DNA of 64,000 nucleotides, from NCBI GenBank assembly GCA_002422205.1, contig DITS01000031.1, positions 24,115 to 88,114 of the forward strand, read 5' to 3'. The DNA is from Alphaproteobacteria bacterium UBA6178 (lineage in GTDB: Bacteria; Pseudomonadota; Alphaproteobacteria; Rickettsiales; UBA3002). Position 1 is the stretch's first letter. Each line of letters begins with the position of its first letter. Below the pieces are notes generated by a model. The model did not search any database. It saw nothing but the letters and a program-made list of their open reading frames with translations, and was not told the origin of the DNA. Below, in pieces: positions 54,952 through 64,000 of the stretch. A program made the translations under genes and the position numbers.

Positions 54952-55119
54952 ATGCGTATCGGTATCACCAAACAACCATTGCACGTAAAATATGCGAATT
55001 ATGCGGTCTTTGCATCAGGCACCACGAGCGATGTGTGGTTTGAAGACGAAGACGCAGGATATGATGCCCACGAGTTGGGCGGCAAGCAAACAGGGAGCAA
55101 AGAGGCTTACGATTCGTAA
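54952..55119 (+). CDS. small hypothetical protein (55 aa)
   Basis: Manual ORF MRIGITKQPLHVKYANYAVFASGTTSDVWFEDEDAGYDAHELGGKQTGSKEAYDS. Strong RBS aaggaga 8 nt upstream. It ends inside a 10-bp-stem terminator. Confidence 0.5.
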   Translation: MRIGITKQPLHVKYANYAVFASGTTSDVWFEDEDAGYDAHELGGKQTGSKEAYDS

Positions 55120-55125
55120 GCCTCT
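55101..55125. terminator. bidirectional hairpin terminator between small ORF and phbB
   Basis: agaggcttac-gattc-gtaagcctct is a 10-bp perfect stem, with T-rich sequence following on both strands. Confidence 0.7.
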
Positions 55126-55133
55126 TTCCCTGC

Positions 55134-55871
55134 TTATTCCATGTGTTGTCCGCCATTAACGGATAATGTCTCGCCGGTAATAAACCCAGCTTCGTCCGCC
55201 ACTAAAAAGCACACGGCACGCGCAATCTCTTTCGGCTCGCCTAGGCGCGCAACCGGAATATTGGCAACAATCTTTTTGAGCACATCTTCTGGCACGGCTT
55301 TCACCATTTCCGTAGCGATATAGCCGGGGGCAACCGTGTTCACTGTAATACCCTTTGATGCCGTTTCGCGCGCCAATGCCTTAGAAAAACCAATCACACC
55401 CGCTTTTGCCGCCGAATAATTGACCTGACCAAATTGACCCAACTGCCCGTTTACGGACGAAATATTAACAATGCGGCCAAAGCCGCGTTCACGCATGCCT
55501 TCAATTACCGCGCGGCACATATTATAAATCGAATCCAGATTGGTCTCGATCACCTGACTCCATTTCTTCTCATCCATTTTATGCATGGCGGCATCGCGGG
55601 TGATACCCGCATTATTGACTAAAATATCAACAGGCTTACCCAAATCGCTTTCAATTTGTTTGATAGCAGCCTGCGACTCGTCAAAATTCGCGACATCCCA
55701 TTTATAGGTCGCAATGCCGGTTTCATCGCGGAATGCTTTGGCGGCTTCTTCATTACCTGCATAATTGGCAACCACGGTATAACCCGCAGTTTTCAAATCC
55801 ATTGCAATTGCTTTACCAATACCGCGTGTACCGCCTGTGACCAATGCGATACGTCCTTCACCTCGTGCCAT
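55134..55871 (-). CDS. phbB: acetoacetyl-CoA reductase
   Basis: 245 aa SDR. IALVTGGTRGIG, YSAAKAG, and its position next to the thiolase gene in a PHA locus. Confidence 0.9.
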   Translation of the reverse strand: MARGEGRIALVTGGTRGIGKAIAMDLKTAGYTVVANYAGNEEAAKAFRDETGIATYKWDVANFDESQAAIKQIESDLGKPVDILVNNAGITRDAAMHKMDEKKWSQVIETNLDSIYNMCRAVIEGMRERGFGRIVNISSVNGQLGQFGQVNYSAAKAGVIGFSKALARETASKGITVNTVAPGYIATEMVKAVPEDVLKKIVANIPVARLGEPKEIARAVCFLVADEAGFITGETLSVNGGQHME

Positions 55872-55896
55872 GCTATTATTCTCCTTTTATATTCAA

Positions 55897-57081
55897 TTAA
55901 TTACGTTCAATACACATGGCAATGCCCATGCCGCCGCCGATGCATAAGGTGACCAAACCACGCTTACCTTCACGCCGTTTTAACTCATGCAAAAGGGTCG
56001 TCAGAACCCGTGCGCCCGATGCGCCGATGGGGTGGCCCAGCGCAATTGCGCCGCCATTCACATTCACCTTGGCCAAATCCCAGCCCATTTCCTTATTCAC
56101 GCACGCGGCCTGCGCGGCAAATGCTTCATTTGCCTCAATTAAATCCAGCTCGGAGGCTTTCCATCCCGCTTTTTCCAATGCCTTGCGTGACGCCGGAATC
56201 GGGCCCGTACCCATAACCGCCGGATCAACCCCTGCCGTAGCCCAGGATTTAATCGTCGCCAATGGCTTTAACCCACGTTTATCGGCTTCAGCGCGACTCA
56301 TCAGCACCAGCGCGGCAGCGCCGTCATTGATACCCGACGCGTTACCGGCAGTCACCGTGCCATCCTTTTTAAAGGCAGGGCGCAATGCGGAAAGCTTGTC
56401 AAAATCCGAATCCGGCTTCGGGAATTCATCCGTATCCACCACCACATCGCCCTTGCGGCCTTTTACGGTAATCGGAATAATCTCATCCTTGAATTTGCCT
56501 TCCTTCATCGCTGCGGCGGCCTTAGCCTGCGAGTTAGCGGCAAACTCATCCTGATCCTTGCGCGAGATACTGAATTTTTCAGCAATATTTTCTGCTGTAA
56601 TACCCATATGATAATCATTAAACTTATCCCACAGCCCATCGACGATCATGGTATCGACCAAGGTACCATTACCCATTTTCACCCCATCACGCAAATGCAT
56701 GCAATGCGTGGAAGCACTCATATTTTCCTGCCCACCGGCAACTACAATCGTGGAATCGCCGGTCTGAATCGCCTGAAAACCCAGTGCAACGGCGCGTAAA
56801 CCCGACCCGCACACCTGATTAATCGTGTAAGCCGTGGTTTCGTTCGGCAGTCCGGCGGCAATAGTTGCCTGCCGTGCAGCATTTTGCCCAACGCCAGCCG
56901 TAAGCACCTGACCCATAATAACTTCCGATACATCGGCGGCAGCAATTTTGTTGCGCTCCAGCACGGCTTTGATAACATTCGCACCCAGCTGCGAGGCAGG
57001 CACAGACGCCAATCCACCGTTAAAGGCACCAATCGCTGTACGCACAGCATCGACAATTACCACATCATTTGCATTAGCCAT
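55897..57081 (-). CDS. phbA: acetyl-CoA acetyltransferase (beta-ketothiolase)
   Basis: 394 aa. [16 protein letters not shown], active-site [11 protein letters not shown], and the C-terminal [27 protein letters not shown]. Confidence 0.93.
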   Translation of the reverse strand: MANANDVVIVDAVRTAIGAFNGGLASVPASQLGANVIKAVLERNKIAAADVSEVIMGQVLTAGVGQNAARQATIAAGLPNETTAYTINQVCGSGLRAVALGFQAIQTGDSTIVVAGGQENMSASTHCMHLRDGVKMGNGTLVDTMIVDGLWDKFNDYHMGITAENIAEKFSISRKDQDEFAANSQAKAAAAMKEGKFKDEIIPITVKGRKGDVVVDTDEFPKPDSDFDKLSALRPAFKKDGTVTAGNASGINDGAAALVLMSRAEADKRGLKPLATIKSWATAGVDPAVMGTGPIPASRKALEKAGWKASELDLIEANEAFAAQAACVNKEMGWDLAKVNVNGGAIALGHPIGASGARVLTTLLHELKRREGKRGLVTLCIGGGMGIAMCIERN

Positions 57082-57223
57082 TATTTATCCTCCGTTCGGT
57101 TACAGGCAATCCGGAAATTACTTGTGAATATTTACTGCAAGCAAGCAATACTGCATGCGAATACTTTGCGGCTGTTGTAGCGATATTATAAGGCTTGTAA
57201 AGCGTTTGACGTTGTGCAGCGCG

Positions 57224-58651
57224 TCAATTCTGCGCCTTTATCCATTGATGGATAGGTTGCCAACAGGCTGAGCGGGCCTTATGGCCCGCAACCATGCTCA
57301 CATGTCCCGTTTTGGGCGCTATAGAGGCGGCATGCGGAATCAAATCCAGCAAAGGCTGCGAGCAGCTCAGTGGCACCACCCGATCCGATGTAGGCGTCGC
57401 GATAAAGGTAGGGCATTCAATCATTGACGGGTCAATTACCTCGCCGCGCACGCGCCATTTACCCGCCGCCAGATGGTTGCGCTGCGGCCAGTCAATCAGG
57501 CATTCGCGCGCAACATGGCGTGCCAGTGGCACCCCGTCATTCACCCAGCTTTCCACTGCCAGAAAATGCTGCCGTTCCACTTCATTCATTGTCGGAAAGC
57601 GCTGGTATTTCTCCTGAAAATGCCATGGGTTGACCATATGAAAAATGCTCTGCACCCAGCCCGGCGGCACCGTATCTTGTTGTTTAATCAATGATTCATA
57701 TTCGCTTAGCACCTCATCATCGAGCGGTACCAGCTCGCGCTGCGCGGCAAAATCCCATGGGGTCGCAAGCAAAATCAGCCCGTCAATGGCTTCCGGCATC
57801 AGCTGTGCCATGGCCAACGCAAATACCCCGCCCATACAATAACCCAGAAGATAAACCGGCCCTTCATGATGACGACCCAGATAATCAAGCGCATCCAGCG
57901 CCAGTTTTTCAACATAATCAGCACAATCATAGTGCCGCTCACGCAATCCCGGCTCCCCCCAATCCAAAATCAGGGGCCGGTAGCCTTGCTGAATGCAATA
58001 ATCAATGAAGCTATGCTCTTCATATAAATCAAGGATATAGGGCTTGTTTATTAAAGAGGGGATGCATAATATAGCCGTCGCATCGGGGTCGTTCCCGTAA
58101 TCAAGCAAGCAGGCAGAGCCCTTCTGCCAAATCACCTTTGATGCAATCGCCGTACGCTCATAGCTCGATTCCTGATAATCACTGATGCCCTGAAGCATTA
58201 GAATGGTACGATTTTGCGCTTCATTCTGAATAGCTTGCAAAAAGTCCGGCTGTGCCAATAATTCCAAATAGGCAGGAAATGCAGCCGCAATATTATCTTC
58301 ATCTAATACATTAAAATTTTCGTTTAACTGCTCGTTTAACAATGATTTTTTTATTTTTTGTTTTTGAGGTTCCACTTGAAGATCGCTTTGCAGCGCTTGC
58401 AGGCTTTTGAGTACCTGATCGGCTGCCAGCGGGTTTAGCTTTGCTGGTTTTGACGCCTTTTGTGCTTTTGGCTTTAGGCTTGCTGGCTGGGCCTTTTTTG
58501 ATGGGGGCGGAGGATTGGGCGCGGCGGAGGGCGCGCTCAAGCTCTGCGATGCGCTGTTCGCAATCTGCCAAACGCTGTGCGAGCTGATCCAGTTCGCCAT
58601 GGCGAGGCCCAGATGCAGCGGAAGCGTGTCGATGTTTTTGGGTTTGTTCAT
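57224..58651 (-). CDS. phaC: class III/IV-type PHA synthase catalytic subunit (start uncertain; probably near TTG at 58342)
   Basis: Lipase-box variant with Cys, LLGYCMGGVFA, plus ILCIPSLINKPYILDL and LILDWGEP, typical of short PhaC. The first ~100 codons of the track ORF overlap the upstream gene in another frame. A TTG start at 58342 would give 372 aa. Confidence 0.75.
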   Translation of the reverse strand: MNKPKNIDTLPLHLGLAMANWISSHSVWQIANSASQSLSAPSAAPNPPPPSKKAQPASLKPKAQKASKPAKLNPLAADQVLKSLQALQSDLQVEPQKQKIKKSLLNEQLNENFNVLDEDNIAAAFPAYLELLAQPDFLQAIQNEAQNRTILMLQGISDYQESSYERTAIASKVIWQKGSACLLDYGNDPDATAILCIPSLINKPYILDLYEEHSFIDYCIQQGYRPLILDWGEPGLRERHYDCADYVEKLALDALDYLGRHHEGPVYLLGYCMGGVFALAMAQLMPEAIDGLILLATPWDFAAQRELVPLDDEVLSEYESLIKQQDTVPPGWVQSIFHMVNPWHFQEKYQRFPTMNEVERQHFLAVESWVNDGVPLARHVARECLIDWPQRNHLAAGKWRVRGEVIDPSMIECPTFIATPTSDRVVPLSCSQPLLDLIPHAASIAPKTGHVSMVAGHKARSACWQPIHQWIKAQN

Positions 58652-58814
58652 TGCCCTTTTGCGTATGAAATGCCTGCATAGAGTCTTGCTGCATTCCCTG
58701 CATCATGTCCATCATATTACGCACAAAATCACGATCCGTCATGCTACGGGTCAGCTGTTCCTGCCATAAATTGAGGAACGCGCCGGCCATTTTCTGATAA
58801 TCATTGTGAGACAT
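58311..58814 (-). CDS. PHA synthase partner/phasin-like protein: coiled coil plus Lys/Ala/Pro/Ser-rich histone-H1-like tail
   Basis: 167 aa. N-terminus AGAFLNLWQEQLTRSMTD, leucine-zipper-like ELDQLAQRLADCEQRIAELERALRRAQ, then KKGPASKPKAKSTKGVKTSKAKPAG.... Its position directly upstream of phaC resembles PhaE or class IV PhaR partners. Confidence 0.55.
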   Translation of the reverse strand: MSHNDYQKMAGAFLNLWQEQLTRSMTDRDFVRNMMDMMQGMQQDSMQAFHTQKGNEQTQKHRHASAASGPRHGELDQLAQRLADCEQRIAELERALRRAQSSAPIKKGPASKPKAKSTKGVKTSKAKPAGSRSGTQKPASAAKRSSSGTSKTKNKKIIVKRAVKRKF

Positions 58815-58924
58815 AAGGGTGCGCGTGATGGTTGCAGTTTAATTGGTCAAATGGTATGAGCTTTGCTATACTTGATAATAGTGATAGTATAAAAACCAAT
58901 AAAAGCAATGAAAGAGAGTCTATT

Positions 58925-59416
58925 ATGGCAAGAAAATCAGGGAGAAGTGAAACTGAACCGGTGGTAATCAAAAAATACGCCAACCGACGTTTGTATAATA
59001 CCGAAACCAGCTCCTATGTCACGCTGGAAGATTTATGCGATATGGTTAAAGAGGGAACCGATTTCCTAGTATGCGATGCAAAATCCGGCGAGGATTTAAC
59101 CCGTCAGGTGCTCACTCAAATCATTTTTGAACAGGAATCACGCGGCCATAATTTGCTGCCGATCAGTTTCCTGCGTAACCTGATCGGGTTTTACGATGAT
59201 AAAATCAAAGAATTCGTGCCACATTATCTGGATAGCTCGATGCAAACCTTCCTCAAAAATCAGGAAAAAATGCGCGATATGATGGCTGTCGGCCCCATGG
59301 TAAACCCATTGGCGCAGCTCGAAGAAATTGGTAAACAGAATATGGAGCTTTTCAGCAAAGCGATGGAAATGTTCACTCCGTTCAGCTACAGCGAAAAAGA
59401 CGAAAAGAAAAAGTAA
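58925..59416 (+). CDS. phaR: polyhydroxyalkanoate synthesis repressor PhaR
   Basis: Starts at MARKSGRSETEPVVIKKYANRRLYNTETSSYVTLEDL, the canonical PhaR N-terminus. The upstream part of track ORF 58832 is discounted. Confidence 0.9.
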   Translation: MARKSGRSETEPVVIKKYANRRLYNTETSSYVTLEDLCDMVKEGTDFLVCDAKSGEDLTRQVLTQIIFEQESRGHNLLPISFLRNLIGFYDDKIKEFVPHYLDSSMQTFLKNQEKMRDMMAVGPMVNPLAQLEEIGKQNMELFSKAMEMFTPFSYSEKDEKKK

Positions 59417-59441
59417 TAGCGACCATTCAGCGAGATTACAA

Positions 59442-59466
59442 AGAGGTGGCTATGCCGCCTCTTTTC
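59442..59466. terminator. bidirectional rho-independent terminator between phaR and hemA
   Basis: agaggtggc-tat-gccgcctct is a 9-bp stem with one G:U pair, followed by ttttc. Confidence 0.7.
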
Positions 59467-59469
59467 ATA

Positions 59470-60708
59470 TCAGGCATGGGCAAAGCGGCCAATCGAAGCG
59501 CAGGCGCTGCGTGCAATCCCCAGCGTGTCAAACACTGCCACCAGCGCATCGGCAAATTCCTGCATCATCTGCTCAGTATGCAGCGGAGTAGGGGTCACGC
59601 GTAAGCGCTCGGTGCCTTTGGGTACCGTCGGGTAATTAATCGGCTGCACATATATATGATGCTGCTCCAGCAATAAATCCGAGGCTTGTTTGCACAATAC
59701 CGGATTCCCAATCAGCACCGGCACAATATGCGTGTCGCACTCAATCATCGGAATGCCCACCTCGCGCAACATCGATTTGAGTGTATCCGCATTACGCTGA
59801 TGTTGCTCGCGCTCCACCGATGATTCCATTAAATGACGAATGCTCGCATTCGCACCTGCAGCCAGCGAAGGGGGCAGCGTGGTAGTAAAAATGAAACCGG
59901 GCGCATAGCTGCGCAACATATCCACTATCACAGCTGTTGTGGCAACATAGCCACCCATAATACCATAGCCTTTGGCTAGTGTGCCCTGAATAATATCCAC
60001 CTCGTCCATCACGCCGTCGCGTTCGGCGATACCCGCGCCATGCTCGCCATACATGCCTACCGCATGCACTTCATCCAGATAGGTAATCGCGTTATATTTG
60101 CGCGCTAAGCGGCAGATTTCCTTGATCGGCCCGATATCTCCATCCATGGAATAGACCGACTCAAAGGCAATAATCTTAGGGTAATGCGCAGGCGTATCCG
60201 CCAATAATTCTTCCAGATGCTTGGTGTCGTTATGCCGAAAGATTTTTTTCTGCGCCGAGCTGCCACGAATCCCATGAATCATCGACGCATGATTCAGCGC
60301 ATCGGAAAAAATCACACAATCTTTTAAGATAGAACCAATGGTGCTAAGACTCGCCTCATTCGCAATATAACCGGAGGTAAACACCAGCGCCGCTTCTTTT
60401 TGATGCAGCTCGGCAAGTGTATGCTCAAGCTCAACGATTTTATGATGCGTACCGGAAATATTACGCGTGCCACCGGCGCCAGCACCCAGATTATTGATCG
60501 CATCCGTCATTGCGCGCAGAACTTTAGGGTGTTGGCCCATGCCCAGATAATCATTCGCGCACCACACCACCACTTCATCGCCGGTGCGATGGCTTTTGGC
60601 ATAAGGGAAGCGCCCGACAATGCGTTCTAACTCGTTAAAAACCCGATAGCGCCCCTCAGATTTAACGCGCGTCAGGGCTTGGTCAAACTGTGCATGGTAA
60701 TCAATCAC
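59470..60708 (-). CDS. hemA: 5-aminolevulinate synthase
   Basis: 412 aa. [30 protein letters not shown] plus the PLP-lysine region [13 protein letters not shown], typical of ALAS. Confidence 0.92.
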   Translation of the reverse strand: MIDYHAQFDQALTRVKSEGRYRVFNELERIVGRFPYAKSHRTGDEVVVWCANDYLGMGQHPKVLRAMTDAINNLGAGAGGTRNISGTHHKIVELEHTLAELHQKEAALVFTSGYIANEASLSTIGSILKDCVIFSDALNHASMIHGIRGSSAQKKIFRHNDTKHLEELLADTPAHYPKIIAFESVYSMDGDIGPIKEICRLARKYNAITYLDEVHAVGMYGEHGAGIAERDGVMDEVDIIQGTLAKGYGIMGGYVATTAVIVDMLRSYAPGFIFTTTLPPSLAAGANASIRHLMESSVEREQHQRNADTLKSMLREVGIPMIECDTHIVPVLIGNPVLCKQASDLLLEQHHIYVQPINYPTVPKGTERLRVTPTPLHTEQMMQEFADALVAVFDTLGIARSACASIGRFAHA

Positions 60709-60771
60709 TGTATCGCTCTTTTAGTCATTTTGTTTGCACTATGCCATCCTACGACATGAATTTCAATGCAT

Positions 60772-61854
60772 TCACTTGACTTTTAGCAAGTCAGCTTCAT
60801 TTACGCACAGCTTGTCGCCCTTTTGCATAGGGTAAGCATAGCAAAGTCGGATAAGGACAGATAATAATAACAACGCCACCATCTGATGCGCGGATGCCAA
60901 TACCAGCGGTACGACATACAGCAAGGTAAACACACCTAATAAAAATTGCACTACCAGCATTCCAGCACAAGCCGCCAGCCATGTCTGTGTGCCAGCATCA
61001 GCCTGTTTCCATGCCCTCAGCACAAACCCCAGAATCGCCAGCGATACCACGACCGCCATCCACCGGTGCTGAAATTGCACCAGTGTAACATTCTCCACAA
61101 AATTACGCGATAACGGCTCAAGTATCCACAGCCCGTCCGGCACCCAGTCGCCATCCATCAGCGGGTAGGTATTATAGGTCAGGCCCGCATCCATCCCCGC
61201 AACAAACGCGCCCATCACAATCTGTATCGCCACCAAAAACACAATACCGCGAATAGCAAAACCATAGCCACAAGAAGGTGCAAGGCGCGGCGCGCCTCGA
61301 AGTTGAAATAATGTCCATAGCAACACGCACCACACCGTAAAAGCCAGACTCAAATGCATGGCAAGTTTAACCGGACTCACGCGCGGGTCGTCCACCAGCC
61401 CGCTGGCCACCATCACCCAGCCCACACCGCCTTGCGCGCACACTAATATAAACGCCAGCCCCATGCGGCATGTCAACGCCACATCCATTTTTCGGCGCGC
61501 GACAAACCAAACCAGAGGCAGCATGAATACCAACCCTGTGATACGCCCCAGAATGCGATGAATATATTCCAGCCAGAAAATCTGCTTAAATTCGCCTACG
61601 CTCATCCCGCGATTAATCTGTTGATACTCAGGTGTCTGTCGATACGCCTCAAGCTCGGCTTCCCAGCCCTCCTGCGTCATCGGCGGTAGAATGCCGCTGA
61701 GTAATTTCCACTCAACGATGGATAGGCCCGATTCGGTCAGGCGCGTCACACCACCGACAAACACCATGAGTCCCACCACAAACAAGCAGGCACCTATCCA
61801 AATATGAATAGCGGGGGTGCGAGCAGAAGAAGGGGTAATCAGCATGAGGTGCAC
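60772..61854 (-). CDS. ctaA: heme A synthase (COX15/CtaA)
   Basis: 360 aa with about 8 TM helices. GGVTRLTESGLSIVEWK and paired His-containing helices (EYIHRILGR, QFQHRW). Confidence 0.88.
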   Translation of the reverse strand: MHLMLITPSSARTPAIHIWIGACLFVVGLMVFVGGVTRLTESGLSIVEWKLLSGILPPMTQEGWEAELEAYRQTPEYQQINRGMSVGEFKQIFWLEYIHRILGRITGLVFMLPLVWFVARRKMDVALTCRMGLAFILVCAQGGVGWVMVASGLVDDPRVSPVKLAMHLSLAFTVWCVLLWTLFQLRGAPRLAPSCGYGFAIRGIVFLVAIQIVMGAFVAGMDAGLTYNTYPLMDGDWVPDGLWILEPLSRNFVENVTLVQFQHRWMAVVVSLAILGFVLRAWKQADAGTQTWLAACAGMLVVQFLLGVFTLLYVVPLVLASAHQMVALLLLSVLIRLCYAYPMQKGDKLCVNEADLLKVK

Positions 61855-61914
61855 TGTATAACGCAGATCAAAAATCTTTCAACAAAATTGGCCCGACGTG
61901 AAAATAGCATTGTC

Positions 61915-63300
61915 ATGAAGAGGGTGGCACACTATGAGAAATGCATGAAACAAACCGATAACTTCGTCGCACTAACCCAATGTCTTGCAACCTCACGCTG
62001 GAGCCCGCGCTGGCTTGGCCTCTCGGTTTTTGCGCTGGCATTGGCGGGTATTTTCTCAATCATCATCGTCGTGGGCCGCACGCCGCAACTGGCGCAGTTG
62101 CAATTGTTTCAGGATTTGTTCCATGTGTCGCTGGTGGTGCATGTGGATCTGTCTGTGCTGGTATGGTTTCTGGCCATGACATGCTTTGCATGGTCGTGGC
62201 TGCGCGACGCGATGCAGCCCACGCCCATGCCTTATTTTGATCTGGCCAGCTGGAGCTGTATGGCTGCAGGTATGTTGCTGATGGCACTCTCACCGCTCTC
62301 ATCCGAATGGACCGTGCTGATGAGCAATTACATTCCGGTAATCACCAATCAGATATTTTTCCTCGGACTGGCGCTGGTCATGGCATCGGTGGTGATCGGC
62401 ATCATTCACACCGTGCCCGCACTCCCAAAGCATGGCAGCCACATCATCGCATGGGCAATCTATGCCAGCGTACCGATTACAGCGCTGGCACTCGCCGCTT
62501 TTGCGGCATCTTATGCATTCCTCGATATGGATTTATCGGGGCTCGATTTTTATGAAACCATCTTTTGGGCCGGTGGCCATATTTTGCAATTCACCTATGT
62601 GCAAATCATGCTGGTGGCATGGATTGCACTGGCACTCGCACTCAATCATCGGCTCCCCGCCAGACGCTGGATGCTGCCGCTAATCTGGATAGGGCTAGCC
62701 GTATCTGCCATATCACCACTAGCCTATCTGCTCTATCCGGTGAGCTCGCAGGAACATAAAAACTTTTTTACCCTGCAAATGGATATTGCCACCGGTGCGG
62801 CGGGCATCGTGCTGGGAATCTGGCTGCTATGGCGAATACTCAACAAGTGGAAACCCCAGCCCGAATCACGCGCATTGCATGGATGCCTTAAAATGTCCTT
62901 GCTCCTCTTCGCTGCCGGTGGCCTGTTTGGTGCGGCGATCAACGGGCCGAATGTACGTATTCCGGCACATTATCATGGCTCGATCGTTGCGGTCACGTTG
63001 GCACTGATGGGGCTGGCCTATGCCTTGTTACCGCGTCTGGGCTTTAAGCCGGTCGCACATCGCCGTCTGGCAATCTGGCAGCCCTATATATATGGTGGCG
63101 GTCAGTTATTACACATCAGTGGGTTAGCTTGGTCTGGAGGCTATGGCGTATTGCGCAAAACTCCCGGTGCGCTGGGTGAAGGCATGAGCGGTGCTAAAAT
63201 TGCCATGGGCGTAATGGGTGCAGGGGGCGGCCTTGCGATACTGGGAGGGCTGCTTTTTGTGATTGTGCTTACACTCTCAATGCGGCATAAACAGCCCTAA
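61915..63300 (+). CDS. polytopic membrane protein (about 12 TM), weak heme-copper-oxidase subunit I-like motifs
   Basis: The start is set at ATG 61915 to avoid overlap with ctaA. FWAGGHILQF (W..GH-like) and PAHYHGS (HxH-like) recall HCO helices VI and X, but no HH pair is seen. The assignment is tentative. Confidence 0.35.
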   Translation: MKRVAHYEKCMKQTDNFVALTQCLATSRWSPRWLGLSVFALALAGIFSIIIVVGRTPQLAQLQLFQDLFHVSLVVHVDLSVLVWFLAMTCFAWSWLRDAMQPTPMPYFDLASWSCMAAGMLLMALSPLSSEWTVLMSNYIPVITNQIFFLGLALVMASVVIGIIHTVPALPKHGSHIIAWAIYASVPITALALAAFAASYAFLDMDLSGLDFYETIFWAGGHILQFTYVQIMLVAWIALALALNHRLPARRWMLPLIWIGLAVSAISPLAYLLYPVSSQEHKNFFTLQMDIATGAAGIVLGIWLLWRILNKWKPQPESRALHGCLKMSLLLFAAGGLFGAAINGPNVRIPAHYHGSIVAVTLALMGLAYALLPRLGFKPVAHRRLAIWQPYIYGGGQLLHISGLAWSGGYGVLRKTPGALGEGMSGAKIAMGVMGAGGGLAILGGLLFVIVLTLSMRHKQP

Positions 63301-63376
63301 AGAAGGATTTGGACTATTGAATCGTATGTAATTTTGTGAAATAGTCATACACTTAAAAAATGCAGGAGAATGCGTC

Positions 63377-63886
63377 ATGAATAAATTGAAACAAATTACC
63401 GCGCTTGGAACCATCATCGCCTTTTTAGCCGCTTGCGATCAACAAGGCGGCGGTTATGGTGGCGGCAGCGGCGGCGGCATCAATAAATCCGATATCGGCA
63501 CCGTCGTAGGCGCAGGCCTCGGCGGCTGGGCGGGGCACAATATTGGCGGCGGCAGCGGTCAGGTCATCGCAACCATCGCCGGTACCTTAATTGGTGCGGG
63601 CATTGGCCGCGAAATCGGCGGCTCACTCGATCGGGCAGATATCGCCTATCACAACCAAACGGCTTCGCGTGCGCTGGAATACAACCAGCCCGGTCAAAGC
63701 CTGCCATGGCGCAACCCCGAAACCGGCCACTCCGGCAGCATCACCCCGTCAAATTACTATGAAACGCCAAAAGGCCAGTATTGCCGCGAATTTTCCCAAA
63801 CCATCAGCGTAGGCGGAAAATCGGAACAAGGTTATGGCACAGCCTGCCGCCAACCCGATGGCACATGGCAGATTGTCAGCAACTAA
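63377..63886 (+). CDS. glycine-zipper surface-antigen lipoprotein (17-kDa antigen-like)
   Basis: 169 aa. Lipobox FLAAC|DQ, Gly-zipper GAGLGGWAGHNIGGGSG...GTLIGAGIG, and a C-terminal CREFSQ...GTACRQPDGTWQIV domain. Confidence 0.75.
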   Translation: MNKLKQITALGTIIAFLAACDQQGGGYGGGSGGGINKSDIGTVVGAGLGGWAGHNIGGGSGQVIATIAGTLIGAGIGREIGGSLDRADIAYHNQTASRALEYNQPGQSLPWRNPETGHSGSITPSNYYETPKGQYCREFSQTISVGGKSEQGYGTACRQPDGTWQIVSN

Positions 63887-63917
63887 ACACGAAGCCGCAA
63901 GAGCTAGAGGTTATTGA

Positions 63918-64000
63918 ATGAGTGAGACTCAGGACGCCGTGGAACAAGCCGTTCCACAGGGGACATTAATGAAAGGCAAGCGCGGCCTTATCATGGGGCT
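63918..64000 (+). CDS. fabI: enoyl-ACP reductase, N-terminal fragment (runs off window end)
   Basis: Manual translation gives MSETQDAVEQAVPQGTLMKGKRGLIMG. The LMKGKRGLIMG segment is the start of the FabI Rossmann motif. RBS agagg upstream. Confidence 0.6.
   Translation, partial: MSETQDAVEQAVPQGTLMKGKRGLIMG

Noticed and set aside
55916-56554. 212-aa plus-strand ORF
   Set aside because: It is antisense to the thiolase gene phbA.

Overview
This is a 64-kb chromosomal segment that looks alphaproteobacterial: it carries 5-aminolevulinate synthase hemA, a PhaR-type PHA regulator, serC/serA and ctaA. All calls rest on reading the ORF translations and the DNA by eye, with no homology search, so product names are motif-level inferences. 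The housekeeping backbone is fumC (partial), purB, pbpC plus a 1971-aa alpha-2-macroglobulin, rlmJ, ispH, zapE, panC, pyrE, infC, thrS, two LPS-type glycosyltransferases, serC, serA, phbA/phbB, a class III-like PHA synthase locus, hemA, ctaA and fabI (partial).

Four accessory patches interrupt the backbone.

1. Positions 6.1-15.6 kb hold two integrative islands stacked in tandem at one tRNA-Met(CAU) gene, delimited by three copies of the tRNA 3' end.
   - Island A is AT-rich and about 7.4 kb. It carries a P4-type integrase, AlpA, an XRE regulator, orphan genes, an HUH Rep-like gene, a 2-TM SLATT-like protein, a FimB-sized recombinase preceded by a 14/15 inverted repeat around a promoter-bearing 92-bp segment, a winged-helix protein with iteron-like repeats, and a GC-rich structured segment.
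   - Island B is about 2.1 kb and carries a truncated integrase and a class II Fic protein.
2. Positions 15.8-20.9 kb hold an orphan HigA-like gene, a 629-aa flagellin-domain protein with a LamG/cadherin-like insert, and a membrane-anchored pentapeptide-repeat protein.
3. Positions 34.3-36.8 kb hold small membrane proteins and an orphan 401-aa protein. A frameshifted soluble triple-PAS chemoreceptor follows.
4. Positions 39.4-42.5 kb are an AT-rich orphan cluster ending at tRNA-Val. A degenerate copy of the tRNA 3' end brackets a 1.3-kb module encoding a MuF-core protein with an unknown C-terminal domain plus two tiny TM proteins.

No CRISPR array, rRNA or IS transposase was seen. The best candidates for something new are the island A cargo (the SLATT-like gene, the candidate inverton with its mini-recombinase, and the two-gene orphan operon), the tRNA-Val MuF module, and the decorated flagellin.
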